64,000 nucleotides of DNA from Thermodesulfobacteriota bacterium (lineage in GTDB: Bacteria > Desulfobacterota_D > UBA1144 > Nemesobacterales > UBA2774): NCBI GenBank assembly GCA_963422265.1, contig OY729416.1, positions 1,632,001 to 1,696,000 on the forward strand, given 5' to 3'. Both the position numbers and the translations under genes were made by a program. Numbering within the stretch: the stretch's first letter is position 1; each line of letters begins with the position of its first letter. The notes under the pieces are model-generated. The model was not told the origin of the DNA. It saw nothing but the letters and a program-made list of their open reading frames with translations, and ran no database searches. This document shows positions 54,499-64,000 of the stretch, piece by piece.

Positions 54499-55476
54499 TT
54501 ACCAACGGACAACTGAGGAACCCCATGTAAATCCGGCGCCAAAAGCCGAAAACAGCACGGTATCACCCTTTTTGAGTCTCCCACCTCTTACAGCCTCATC
54601 AAGAGCAATGGGAACCGACGCCGATGACGTATTGCCGTATCTGTCTAAATTACTAAATACCTTCTCTTCTGGCATATCAAGACGCTTTCTCAAGGCTTCT
54701 ATGATTCTATAGTTAGCTTGGTGTGGGATAAAAAGATCTATTTGATCGGGAGTTACATCCGCCATTTTTATCGCTTCGAGGGAAGAGGTCTGAAGGGCTT
54801 TTACGGCTTCCTTAAAGACATCTCTTCCTTCCATCTTGAGATAATGGCTCTTGTTCCTCAGGCTTTCTTCCGAAGCGGGAATACGCGACCCGCCGCCCGG
54901 CAGGTAGAGAAGCTTCCAGTCGTCGCCTCTAGCACCTAGACACGAGGACATTAACCCTGGAGTCTCCGAATTGCCAATCACGGCAGCTCCTGCCCCATCG
55001 CCAAATAAAATACAGGTTGTCCTATCCTCGTAATCAATCACCTTAGATAGGGTCTCAGCACCAACGATGAGGAGCATTTTAGCCTCCCCGCTTTCAATAA
55101 ATCCCCGCGCTACGTGAAGAGCGTATAAAAAACCCGAACAGCCCGCGAGCAGGTCAAAGGCAAACGCCTTCCTCGCTCCAATTCGGCTTTGTAAAACACA
55201 GGCTGACGAGGGAAATAGAAAGTCCGGAGTTATTGTTCCTAGTATAATTCCATCCAGACTTTTAGGATCAACCGAGGCATCCTCAAGGGCTCTCATCGAA
55301 GCCTCATACGCTAAATCGGACGTTGCAATCTCTGGCTCGGCGATCCTTCTTTCCTTTATGCCTGTTCTGGTAGTTATCCACTCGTCCGACGTGTTTACAA
55401 TCTTCTCAAAGTCAAAGTTGGACAACACTTTATCCGGAGCGGATGCACCCGTCCCTAAAAACTTTACAAATCCCAA
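54499..55476 (-). CDS. fabH: Beta-ketoacyl-ACP synthase III
   Basis: AGCSGF, FGDGAGA, PHQAN and GNTSSAS catalytic motifs. Confidence 0.94.
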   Translation of the reverse strand: MGFVKFLGTGASAPDKVLSNFDFEKIVNTSDEWITTRTGIKERRIAEPEIATSDLAYEASMRALEDASVDPKSLDGIILGTITPDFLFPSSACVLQSRIGARKAFAFDLLAGCSGFLYALHVARGFIESGEAKMLLIVGAETLSKVIDYEDRTTCILFGDGAGAAVIGNSETPGLMSSCLGARGDDWKLLYLPGGGSRIPASEESLRNKSHYLKMEGRDVFKEAVKALQTSSLEAIKMADVTPDQIDLFIPHQANYRIIEALRKRLDMPEEKVFSNLDRYGNTSSASVPIALDEAVRGGRLKKGDTVLFSAFGAGFTWGSSVVRW

Positions 55477-55556
55477 TTAGCGATTACCCCTTCAGTATTT
55501 ACCTAACAGTATCGGATAACAAACTTGTTTTGTCAAATGTAAAAGCGGCATAGACC

Positions 55557-55994
55557 CTATCGCGCTTCCGCTAGTAAAGACCTAAGACGCATTTTCCCTT
55601 CGTGCGTGATACGCGCTCTTTTTAAGTATTCTATTTCTGAAACGTAAAACAATACGTTGAAGTATCCCTGTCTTATCAATTGTCTTATGAGGGCGGTTTC
55701 CTCTTTGGATTCTACGTTGAAAAAATAGTCAAAGCCAAAAGGTTTTTCATTTCCATTATAGATAAGAGTTTGAATTTTCAGGGAAGGGAACTCAGGGCGA
55801 TCTATAAATGCAAAACCTACTTCTATTCGATGCAGTTCTCTGAAGGAGTCAACCTCTTCTCTACCCCCTTTAATTATCAAAGTAGCCTCATCCCCTATAG
55901 ACGTGAAAAGACATCCGGATTCAATCATTGATAGACATAACTCCACATCTGAGGAAATTGACGGAATTTTTAAACTTTTTCTTGACATAGACAT
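55557..55994 (-). CDS. Hypothetical protein
   Basis: 145-aa ORF with normal composition; no family recognised. Confidence 0.55.
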   Translation of the reverse strand: MSMSRKSLKIPSISSDVELCLSMIESGCLFTSIGDEATLIIKGGREEVDSFRELHRIEVGFAFIDRPEFPSLKIQTLIYNGNEKPFGFDYFFNVESKEETALIRQLIRQGYFNVLFYVSEIEYLKRARITHEGKMRLRSLLAEAR

Positions 55995-56213
55995 GTAAAA
56001 TTTATTAGTATCAATGTAAAAAAGCTCGTAACGCTATTGATAAATACTTAATATTATTATAACGGTAGTTTTCATTGTATGAACGTGGTATGAACGCGCA
56101 ACAACTTTTGCTGTTTACTTTAGTTTGCAAGATTTTAGTAAATTAGCGAGAGCGACTTATAAATGAGGGTTATTTATAATACATGGTAATTTATAACAAG
56201 GAGGATTCAAAAG

Positions 56214-56387
56214 ATGATGTGGACACTAATTGTGATTGGATTAGCTTTCTTTGGATGGTACTTCATAGCACCGCAAGGTGAGGATGCGGCGGGCTCGGAT
56301 GCTGCTTCGGCGGAGCCTGCACCACCATCCCCGCCTTCTGCTGACGCCGGGACTGACGGTAGCGAATTTCAATCGCCAGGTAGCTAA
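56214..56387 (+). CDS. Small single-TM protein (57 aa) with acidic Pro/Ala/Ser tail
   Basis: AAGGAGG SD; MMWTLIVIGLAFFGWYFIAPQGEDAAGSDAASAEPAPPSPP…; below the ORF-track cutoff. Confidence 0.7.
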   Translation: MMWTLIVIGLAFFGWYFIAPQGEDAAGSDAASAEPAPPSPPSADAGTDGSEFQSPGS

Positions 56388-56392
56388 CTAGC

Positions 56393-56606
56393 AGGCGGGC
56401 GAGCATCCCGATGCAAGCCCCGGTAGCTAGGGAGAATGAAACTCCAGCTAGTGCTTCTCAAAACACGCGCTGGGAGAATTAGTGCGTCAGTTTAGCCCGC
56501 CTATTCTGCCTATAAAAGGGGTGGTGTATGCGTGGTGTGTACATAGTAACCCACCCATAAAGAGTGGAAGGAGTGAGCGGGAGCGTATGAGTGTTTTGAG
56601 AGGTGC
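56393..56606 (+). ncRNA. Candidate structured non-coding RNA (unassigned)
   Basis: Closing stem 56393-56400/56495-56502, three internal hairpins, a further hairpin at 56519-56556, and long-range complement 56454-56466/56591-56603; G-U pairs favour the + strand. Confidence 0.45.
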
Positions 56607-56932
56607 ATATTCCAAAAAGGAATTATCTCCTAGGTTCTCCTCGACTAGGTGAACCTGCGTGTTCATCTCTTTCTAAAGGAAAGCACATCTCCAAATAGTT
56701 CCTTCTCTCATGTATTCGTTGATATATATTAATGGAGAAAATGAGCTTACTAACCCAAGCTGGATTTTCAACCAAGTTGTTAGCACTAGGCAATTAAAAT
56801 ATTATAGTTTAACCATAAAAATCTATACCTAAGGCAACGCTAGCTTTGCTCCCTCCCTGTCTATATGGTAGCCTTACCGTGTTAATATCGTTAGTTTTAC
56901 ATATAAATTAATGGGAACAGGAGTCTTTATAC

Positions 56933-57169
56933 ATGAACTTTCCAAAGATAGATGGGCATATAGACATTACCAAAGAAATATGCCCTATGACCTATGTAAA
57001 GACGAAGCTCAAGCTGGGGACGATGTCTTCTGGTCAGGTGCTTGAAGTAACTTTGGCTGAAGGCGAATCACTGATAAACGTTCCTAAAACCATAAAGCAG
57101 GAAGGGCATAAGATACTAGATCTTCAGCAGGAAGGTAGTTTCTACAAGCTTCTCATAGAGCACCGTTGA
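56933..57169 (+). CDS. TusA-family sulfurtransferase
   Basis: IDITKEICPMTYVKTKL motif. Confidence 0.85.
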   Translation: MNFPKIDGHIDITKEICPMTYVKTKLKLGTMSSGQVLEVTLAEGESLINVPKTIKQEGHKILDLQQEGSFYKLLIEHR

Positions 57170-58116
57170 TGAACGTTTCTTTGGCTAGAAAAAAAACTTT
57201 GGATCACAGGCTGAAAAGGGCAAACTCGGTAACTGAGCTAGTAGGAAACACCCCACTCATCAAGCTGACGCGCATTACGGAGAATCTAAGCCCTGGAGTA
57301 GAGGTTTACGTAAAAGCCGAGTGGTTCAACCCCGGAGGCTCGGTAAAGGATAGACCCGCCCTATGGATGACTCTGGAGGAAATCCGCTCAGGGCGACTCA
57401 ACAGAGATACAATTTTGATGGATTCCTCATCTGGCAACACGGCGATAGCATATGCCATGTTTGGTGCTACCCTGGGATACAAAGTAGAGCTTGTAATGCC
57501 GCTTAACATAAACGTAGAGCGAAAGAAAACCCTCCAGGCGTTTGGGGCTAAAGTGGTGTACTCAGATCCACTTGAAGGCTCTGACGGGGCTATCCGCATG
57601 GCTAGGAAGCTAAAGGCGGAAAACCCTGATAGATACGCTATGCCGGATCAATATAACAATCCTTACAACTCCAAATCCCATTATGACACTACGGCTCTTG
57701 AAATCTGGGATCAGACGCGGGGGCGAATAACTCATTTTCTAGCGGGGCTTGGAACGAGTGGCACCTTTATGGGCACGTCAAAACGGCTCAAGGAGTTCAA
57801 TCCTGACGTAAAAGCTATCGCGATTGAGCCTGCCGAAGCGCTTCACGGACTTGAGGGAATGAAGCACATGGCTACTTCAATCGTGCCGGGGATTTACGAT
57901 GCGGAATTTGCAGATCAGCTAGTAAGGGTTTATACCGACGACGCTTATGATATTATGAAGAAGCTACTCAAGAAAGAGGGGATTTTTGTTGGTCACTCCG
58001 GGGGCGCGGCGGCTTATGCTACCTTATCTTATGCCAAAAACCTTAAAGAGGGAGTTCTTGTTACCGTTCTTCCCGACGGCGGATATAGGTATCTAAGTGG
58101 GGGTCTGTGGTGGTAA
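57169..58116 (+). CDS. Cysteine synthase (CysM-like, PLP-dependent)
   Basis: VGNTPL, NPGGSVKDR, SSGNT, GLGTSGT and PDGGYRYLS motifs. Confidence 0.9.
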   Translation: MNVSLARKKTLDHRLKRANSVTELVGNTPLIKLTRITENLSPGVEVYVKAEWFNPGGSVKDRPALWMTLEEIRSGRLNRDTILMDSSSGNTAIAYAMFGATLGYKVELVMPLNINVERKKTLQAFGAKVVYSDPLEGSDGAIRMARKLKAENPDRYAMPDQYNNPYNSKSHYDTTALEIWDQTRGRITHFLAGLGTSGTFMGTSKRLKEFNPDVKAIAIEPAEALHGLEGMKHMATSIVPGIYDAEFADQLVRVYTDDAYDIMKKLLKKEGIFVGHSGGAAAYATLSYAKNLKEGVLVTVLPDGGYRYLSGGLWW

Positions 58117-58523
58117 GGATAAGTAAATATTCCTACAACGAGATTATAAAGCACGCGGAGGACGGTTTTCCAAAAGAGGTATGCGGGGTTTTGATTGGCG
58201 CAAAGGACGTAATAACGAATTATAGAGCGTGCCGCAATCTAAACGCTGAAAGGGCGCACGACCGATACGAGCTTGATCCTTCGTCTTTTAAGCGAGCCGA
58301 CGACTGGGCGAGGGAAAACGGCATGGAGATACTGGGAATATATCACTCTCACCCCGACCATCCCTCAATGGCTTCTGAGACTGATAGGCAGAGGGCGTGG
58401 CCCGAATGGGTTTACATTATTTTCTCTATAAATGGAGGAAAATATAATGACGCTAGAGCCTGGATTTTAGAAGATTTTGACTCCAACTTTAGAGAGGAGT
58501 CTATAGAGGTTGTGCCAGACTAG
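58107..58523 (+). CDS. JAMM/MPN+ (M67) metallopeptidase
   Basis: PKEVCG and YHSHPDHPSMASETD motifs. Confidence 0.9.
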   Translation: MVVRISKYSYNEIIKHAEDGFPKEVCGVLIGAKDVITNYRACRNLNAERAHDRYELDPSSFKRADDWARENGMEILGIYHSHPDHPSMASETDRQRAWPEWVYIIFSINGGKYNDARAWILEDFDSNFREESIEVVPD

Positions 58524-58789
58524 TTCCATCCTCAATAATAGAATAATACGCTTCGTTTAGAACGTATTGGTTAAAGACTGCTTAATAAGATAAGTTCAGA
58601 TAAGATCATATCCTGATATTCACCCCTCTTTGAATCCATCAAAAACAACAAAAAATCGTTGCTTCTCGCCTCAAGGATAAATGACTTAAATAAACTTGAT
58701 TGGCTAAGACTAAATCCATTTTCCATAGAAATCGTAACGTCGCATTTCGTCATTTCTTGAGTCATTTGATTTTCCCCCTCACGCTACGA

Positions 58790-59089
58790 CTAAAGCCGTT
58801 GGGCGAGCTCCAAAAGGGTCTTAATCAGAAACTGCCTAAGGAAAACGATCGCCACTAGAACTAGTATGGGAGACAGATCTAGCGTGCCGCCGATAGGAGG
58901 GAGTATTCTCCTTGCGTATCTTAACGCCGGTTCAGTAGCCTGATAGAGAAAATTGACTATGGGATTGTAAGGGCTGGGATTTACCCATGATATAATGGCT
59001 CTGGCTACAATTAGCCACATATAAACGTTAAGCAGTATGCCCATAACCTCCACTATCGCAACGATGAAATTCTGCAATAAAACGTCCAT
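58790..59089 (-). CDS. yggT: YggT family membrane protein
   Basis: ISWVNPSPYNP…TEP…LDLSP motif. Confidence 0.9.
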   Translation of the reverse strand: MDVLLQNFIVAIVEVMGILLNVYMWLIVARAIISWVNPSPYNPIVNFLYQATEPALRYARRILPPIGGTLDLSPILVLVAIVFLRQFLIKTLLELAQRL

Positions 59090-59904
59090 TAATTCTCCTC
59101 CTCAGATAGCTTTCTTGAACGAAGCGTAGCTGCCTCAACTGCTGAAATAACGCTTGCCCTAAACCCTCCTTGCTCCAGCCTGTAAATACCCTCAATCGTA
59201 GTGCCTCCAGGAGAGGACACCTTATCTTTAAGTTCAGCGGGATGGTCGTCACCCTGTCTAATCATCTTAGCGGTGCCATAGACGGTTTGAGTTGCTAAAG
59301 CGAGTGACATTTCCCTTGAAAGCCCCATCTTAACCCCCCCTTCGGAGAGTGACTCTATAAAGATAGATGCAAAAGCGGGACCACTTCCGCTAAGCCCCGT
59401 TACGGCGTCGAGCTGGCTTTCTTTGCTAACCATATAGGCAACGCCTACGGATTTGAATATCTCCTTGACGTTTTCTCGTTCTTGAGGACTCAGGTGAGGA
59501 TTACAGTAAAGCGCGGACGCCCCCGCAAGAACAAGGGCAGGAGTGTTAGGCATTACCCTTACTATCTTGGCTTTCTTTTTAATAATTTTAGAAATGAAAG
59601 AAGTTGTAATTCCAGCCGCTATAGAGACAATAATCTTTTTAGAGTTCACTATCGCCTTTATCTCTTCCAAAACTCCTGACACGCTGTCGGGCTTTACGGA
59701 CAGCACTACAATGTCAGATTCCTTTGAAAGGTGTTTGTTGTTGCGAGCAGGCTTTACATTGTAAGCTGACCTCACGTGATCTACCCTTTTTTCCAGAGTG
59801 TCACTAACCATAACCTGCTCGCTCGTAAACAGTTTTGATGAAATAAGTCCCTCTATAAGGGCCTGCGCCATATTTCCGGCGCCGATGAATCCTATCCTAT
59901 TCAT
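59089..59904 (-). CDS. proC: Pyrroline-5-carboxylate reductase
   Basis: GFIGAGNM, RVMPNTP, SGSGPA and SPGGTT motifs. Confidence 0.95.
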   Translation of the reverse strand: MNRIGFIGAGNMAQALIEGLISSKLFTSEQVMVSDTLEKRVDHVRSAYNVKPARNNKHLSKESDIVVLSVKPDSVSGVLEEIKAIVNSKKIIVSIAAGITTSFISKIIKKKAKIVRVMPNTPALVLAGASALYCNPHLSPQERENVKEIFKSVGVAYMVSKESQLDAVTGLSGSGPAFASIFIESLSEGGVKMGLSREMSLALATQTVYGTAKMIRQGDDHPAELKDKVSSPGGTTIEGIYRLEQGGFRASVISAVEAATLRSRKLSEEEN

Positions 59905-59913
59905 ATACCGCTT

Positions 59914-60639
59914 TTAATAACTCCTTTGCCCAAAAATCGCTGAGCCGACCCTCACTATCGTCGCTCCTTCCTCAATAGCTACCTCAAAATCGTCGCTCAT
60001 TCCCATAGAGAGTTCCTTCAAATTCGGATATTCGTTTAACAAGCCATTCTTAGCTTCCCTTAACCGCCTGAAGGATCGCCTCGCCTCCTCAGGATCAGTG
60101 GAATAAGGCGCCATGGTCATTAAACCTACAAGCTCAATAGAAGAAAGGCCTTCTAATTCCATCATAAAACCTTCTAGTTCTTGTAGTTTAACCCCGCCTT
60201 TGGTCTCTTCTCCCGCCGTATTTACCTCTATGAGAGACTGAACAGTTATCCCTAAACTCTCTGCCCTTCTATTTATTTCACGAGCGAGCGAAAGGGAATC
60301 AAGAGAATGAATGAGACCCACGTTGCCCACTATGTATTTAACCTTGTTTTTTTGAAGCCTTCCTATAAAATGCCAATGAATCATCGTAGCTTGGCTTAGT
60401 ACTCCTAAACCCGAGGCGTTATTATTTATGGTTTTAATCTTATCTCTGAGCTCCTGCGCATAGTTCTCGCCGAACGTATTGACGCCGTATTTAGACGCCC
60501 CTATTATCCTTTCAGCGCTAACTCGCTTGGATACCGCCACGAGTTTTATTTCTCCGGCGTCGCGTCTCGATTTAGCTGCAGCTTTTTCAATCCTCCGCCG
60601 AACCTCTCTTAGGTTGCCCTCTAAATCAACTTCCACCAA
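59914..60639 (-). CDS. yggS: PLP homeostasis protein
   Basis: [33 protein letters not shown] and VRVGSAIFG motifs. Confidence 0.94.
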   Translation of the reverse strand: MVEVDLEGNLREVRRRIEKAAAKSRRDAGEIKLVAVSKRVSAERIIGASKYGVNTFGENYAQELRDKIKTINNNASGLGVLSQATMIHWHFIGRLQKNKVKYIVGNVGLIHSLDSLSLAREINRRAESLGITVQSLIEVNTAGEETKGGVKLQELEGFMMELEGLSSIELVGLMTMAPYSTDPEEARRSFRRLREAKNGLLNEYPNLKELSMGMSDDFEVAIEEGATIVRVGSAIFGQRSY

Positions 60640-60642
60640 AGG

Positions 60643-61224
60643 TCAGTTCCCTATGTAGTTAAGCTCATTGTCTATCCAGAATTTGGAAGCCCCTAGGCTC
60701 GCTTTGAGCGCCACTCCACCCTTTGCCATCTGAAAAACAATTATGTCCGAAGACAGTGGCACATAACTGCTTTTAGACCCACCTATATCTTTATATTGAG
60801 CTGATGCCTCCCCCTGGGCCCCAAAGTTCAATCCTGACGTAACAAACTTATAAAACGCATTTTTATTATTAAATACTATGACTTCTCTAATGCCCTTAAG
60901 GGCAAAACCAAGTCCGACCTCTCCTGCAGCCATCCTCATAAAAACTTTATCGCCATTAGAATTATCCACGGCGACCCCGTATCCGATGTCCGAACCTGCA
61001 AACAGTATGTGGGTATCAAAACCGCTAAAAACGGCGTAGCCCGCCGCGTTCTGAATTAATTTCTCAGTGTAATGCAGTTTCTCGTGCAACTCCGCCAACG
61101 TATCGTCCCTCATTTTCAAAACAAAATCCCTTTTTTCGCTGGGAGTAGCACCCTCAGGTCTGGAGCAAGCACCTAGAAGAACCGTAAGGACGACTATAGA
61201 TATGACTAGAACGCAGAATTTCAT
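60643..61224 (-). CDS. Ysc84/SYLF-like lipoprotein
   Basis: Lipobox LLGAC; AAGYAVF and GEVGLG pattern; GGAGG SD before ATG at 61224. Confidence 0.7.
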   Translation of the reverse strand: MKFCVLVISIVVLTVLLGACSRPEGATPSEKRDFVLKMRDDTLAELHEKLHYTEKLIQNAAGYAVFSGFDTHILFAGSDIGYGVAVDNSNGDKVFMRMAAGEVGLGFALKGIREVIVFNNKNAFYKFVTSGLNFGAQGEASAQYKDIGGSKSSYVPLSSDIIVFQMAKGGVALKASLGASKFWIDNELNYIGN

Positions 61225-61488
61225 ATGGCAACCTCCGTCAGAATTTACTGAAGGCAAGTAATTTCTTTGTATTATATAGCGGAATTAAGCGCATGACTAG
61301 TTAAACACTAAGAACTTAACGGCGCTTGAGTTCTAACAACTCCAATTATCACGAAATTCCAACCTCAATTTAGCTCGCAAAACCAAAAGAAACCCTTATA
61401 ATAAACTGCCAAGACCATGAACAAAAGAGCAAAATGGGAGAAATTACTTGACGTGGAGAAATTACTTGACGTATAGAGTGAACATAAC

Positions 61489-63081
61489 ATGATAAAAAAT
61501 CCCTTGCTGTGTCTAGTGATCGCTTTGTTTCTATTCATATACGGATGTAAAGACCAAGACGCCGTCTCGCAGAAAAACGCCATAAACGTAAACATAGGAA
61601 ATGAGCCGCCCACCCTTGACTGGGCTTTAGCTACGGACAGCACGTCCTTTACAGTGCTAAATAACGTTATGGAGGGGCTTACAAGATTCGGCGGCGACTT
61701 CCTACCTCAGCCAGCTCTAGCCGAGAGTTGGGAGATAAGCGAAGATGGAGAAACTTACACTTTTAAGATCAGGGAAGGCGTTCTATGGACGGATGGCAAA
61801 CCCCTTAGAGCGGAGGACTTTGAATACTCATGGAAACGAATACTCGACCCAAAGACGGGGGGACATTACGCATATTTTCTGTTTGACGTAAAGAACGCTG
61901 AGGAATATAACACCGGGAAAATAGAAGACCCTCGCAAAGTCGGAGTAAAAGCACTGGGAGATAGAACGCTTCAAGTGAAGCTGAAGCGGAAAGCTTCTTA
62001 CTTCCCCAGCCTCTTAACCTTTATGTCAACGTTTCCTATGAGAAAAGACGTATTAGAAAAACATGGGATCAAATGGACAGAGCCTGAAAACATAGTAACT
62101 TTGGGTCCGTATAAACCCTCATTATGGAGACACCATGACGTTATAATTCTTTCAATCAACCCCGATTACTGGGGTGAGGTGCCTAAGATTAAAAAGGTAA
62201 ACATGATAATGAATGAGAATCCGTCTTCAGCTCTGGCTCTGTATGAAAGCGGGAAGCTCGATTTCGCCGACAGCAAAAGCATCCCACCCTTGGAGGTTCC
62301 AAGACTAAGAAATTTAGACGAATTTAAGACCACTCTTCAGTTCAGGACGAACTATATAGCATTTAACGTTAAGAAACCACCGTTTAACGATCCACTTGTC
62401 AGGAAAGCCTTCACGTCTTCAATTGACAGGAAAAGCATAGTAAACCTTATACAGGGGGGCGGAATTGAGACTACCTCTTGGATACCTAAAAATATGCTGG
62501 GTTACAATCCTACCATCGGTCTCAGGTTTGATCGCGCCCAGGCAAAAAAATGGCTAGCCAAAGCGGGCTACCCGGATGGCAAAGGATTTCCCGACGTGAG
62601 TTTTCTCTGGCCCGATGTTAGCTCTAACAGAGTAATAGCAGAGGCTCTTCAAAGTATGTGGAAAGAACATCTTGGTATCAAGGTCAATCTCGTAAACGAG
62701 GAATGGAAGGTATATCTAAGCACTATTAATACTAAACCGCCCGAAATACACCGTGCTGGATGGGGAGCGGACTTTCCAGACCCACATAATTTCATGAATT
62801 TATTTACCTGCGTCTCGGGCAACAATAGAACGGGCTGGTGCAATACAAAATACGACGAGCTTGTAGAAAGGGCTGCGCAAGAAACCGACTCTGAGAAAAG
62901 GAGGATTTTATACGATAAGGCGCAAAAGATCCTCACCGAAACGGACGCGCCTATAGCACCGTTTTATATCACTATGCAGCAGAATCTAATAAAGCCCTAC
63001 TTGGCAGGACTAGAGCCTAACCCTCTTGACGTGGTGCTCTTTAAGAAAGCGTCCTTTAGAGATAGAAGGGACGGTGGGTAA
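61489..63081 (+). CDS. Peptide ABC transporter substrate-binding lipoprotein (OppA-like)
   Basis: EPPTLD, ALAESW, WTDG, FNDPLVRKAF and GWGADFPDP motifs. Confidence 0.9.
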   Translation: MIKNPLLCLVIALFLFIYGCKDQDAVSQKNAINVNIGNEPPTLDWALATDSTSFTVLNNVMEGLTRFGGDFLPQPALAESWEISEDGETYTFKIREGVLWTDGKPLRAEDFEYSWKRILDPKTGGHYAYFLFDVKNAEEYNTGKIEDPRKVGVKALGDRTLQVKLKRKASYFPSLLTFMSTFPMRKDVLEKHGIKWTEPENIVTLGPYKPSLWRHHDVIILSINPDYWGEVPKIKKVNMIMNENPSSALALYESGKLDFADSKSIPPLEVPRLRNLDEFKTTLQFRTNYIAFNVKKPPFNDPLVRKAFTSSIDRKSIVNLIQGGGIETTSWIPKNMLGYNPTIGLRFDRAQAKKWLAKAGYPDGKGFPDVSFLWPDVSSNRVIAEALQSMWKEHLGIKVNLVNEEWKVYLSTINTKPPEIHRAGWGADFPDPHNFMNLFTCVSGNNRTGWCNTKYDELVERAAQETDSEKRRILYDKAQKILTETDAPIAPFYITMQQNLIKPYLAGLEPNPLDVVLFKKASFRDRRDGG

Positions 63082-63390
63082 GAATTGCATATTCAACTTA
63101 TCTAAGCCGGTCTGATCCCCATTTTCACAGGAACATAATATAAATTCTGCAGTGGGTAAAAGAGCATATGAATTTTTCCTTACTCTCATACCCACCCTAG
63201 ATTCCTGCTTCCGCAGGAATGACGATTTAGACGCATATCACAAACCATCTTTCAAACTATAGGGAGTGCATAGCGGAGTTGACAACAGACAATTATGCAG
63301 CTAAAAAGAAATGGAGAAAGCAATCAATCAGAGCCCAACTATGGAAGAAAGAAATCGCCTGATTCAATGACTTTCTTTAATAGAACAAGC

Positions 63391-64000
63391 TTATTTTAAA
63401 AGCAATAAGAATAGATCCTTCACCGCGTATACAATTAACCAGCCTATTGCAACTGCGAGAGTGCCGATAACTACAGGTCTCACAATGCTGAACATACCTT
63501 TTAATTCAAGTTGATCTTCTTTTAGGTTACTGAATATATAGTCAATCTTGGCATTGATCTCCCTAAAGTTAGAGTCTATATTAACATTTACTTCGCCAAT
63601 CTTAGAATCAAGCTTATCACTCGCTCTATCAATCTTAGAATTCACTTCGCCAACCCTAGCATCAATCTTGCTATTCACTTCATCAATCTTAGAATCAAGC
63701 TTATCACTCGCTCTATCAATCTTAGAATTCACTTCGCCAACCCTAGCATCAATCTTGCCATTCACTTCATCAATCTTAGAATCAAGCTTATCACTCACTC
63801 CATCAATCTTAGAATTCACTTCGCCAACCCTAGCATCAATCTTGCCATTCACTTCATCAATCTTAGAATCAAGCTTATCACTCGCTCCATCAATCTTAGA
63901 GTCAAGCTTGGTATTAAGCCTGCCAATCTCGGTATCAAGCCGGTCAGCTTTCTTTTCAATCCTTCCAGTGCTATCTTCTATATGTTCTATATCGTTTCTA
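63391..64000 (-). CDS. Coiled-coil repeat protein with C-terminal TM anchor, 5' end beyond the window
   Basis: Frame is open to the window edge; about three 87-bp (29-aa) repeats DKLDSKIDEVNxKIDARVGEVNSKIDxxS; hydrophobic tail. Confidence 0.75.
   Translation of the reverse strand, partial: RNDIEHIEDSTGRIEKKADRLDTEIGRLNTKLDSKIDGASDKLDSKIDEVNGKIDARVGEVNSKIDGVSDKLDSKIDEVNGKIDARVGEVNSKIDRASDKLDSKIDEVNSKIDARVGEVNSKIDRASDKLDSKIGEVNVNIDSNFREINAKIDYIFSNLKEDQLELKGMFSIVRPVVIGTLAVAIGWLIVYAVKDLFLLLLK

Noticed and set aside
58571-58765. 64-aa ORF downstream of yggT
   Set aside because: Has a possible SD but no recognisable motif; cannot be supported
61437-61472. 18-bp tandem duplication GGAGAAATTACTTGACGT upstream of oppA
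   Set aside because: Only two copies; probably a local duplication, with no evidence of function

Overview
A 64-kb bacterial chromosomal segment. Protein style and gene content look deltaproteobacterial (possibly Ca. Dadabacteria), which is inference and not established here. Intact core genes include an acyl-CoA carboxylase operon, rsmA, ftsB-like, thrC, thiE, a deoxyhypusine-synthase-like gene, leuS, a family-4 UDG, mnmG, nuoI, an SSS transporter, an M23 peptidase with bactofilin, thrS-infC-rpmI-rplT, fabH, tusA-cysM-JAMM, yggS-proC-yggT and oppA, plus tRNA-Arg(CCG) and tRNA-Val(GAC). The intergenic spaces hold mosaic elements built from about six different REP-like palindrome families joined in a stereotyped order. 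These are almost all in one orientation and include a five-unit combinatorial tandem array at 52.8-54.4 kb. A roughly 20-kb accessory region (25.8-45.4 kb) carries small membrane or coiled-coil genes, three paralogs of an uncharacterised family, two RHH + 2-TM modules, a porin-like gene between about 0.7-kb inverted repeats, a 415-bp direct repeat, reused promoter modules in front of unrelated ORFs, and many frameshifted genes. Other notable items are a 40-C tract that puts a GLUG surface-protein gene out of frame, a UDG stop codon located inside tRNA-Arg, and a candidate novel structured RNA at about 56.39-56.61 kb. All product calls come from motif recognition by eye; no database searches were run.
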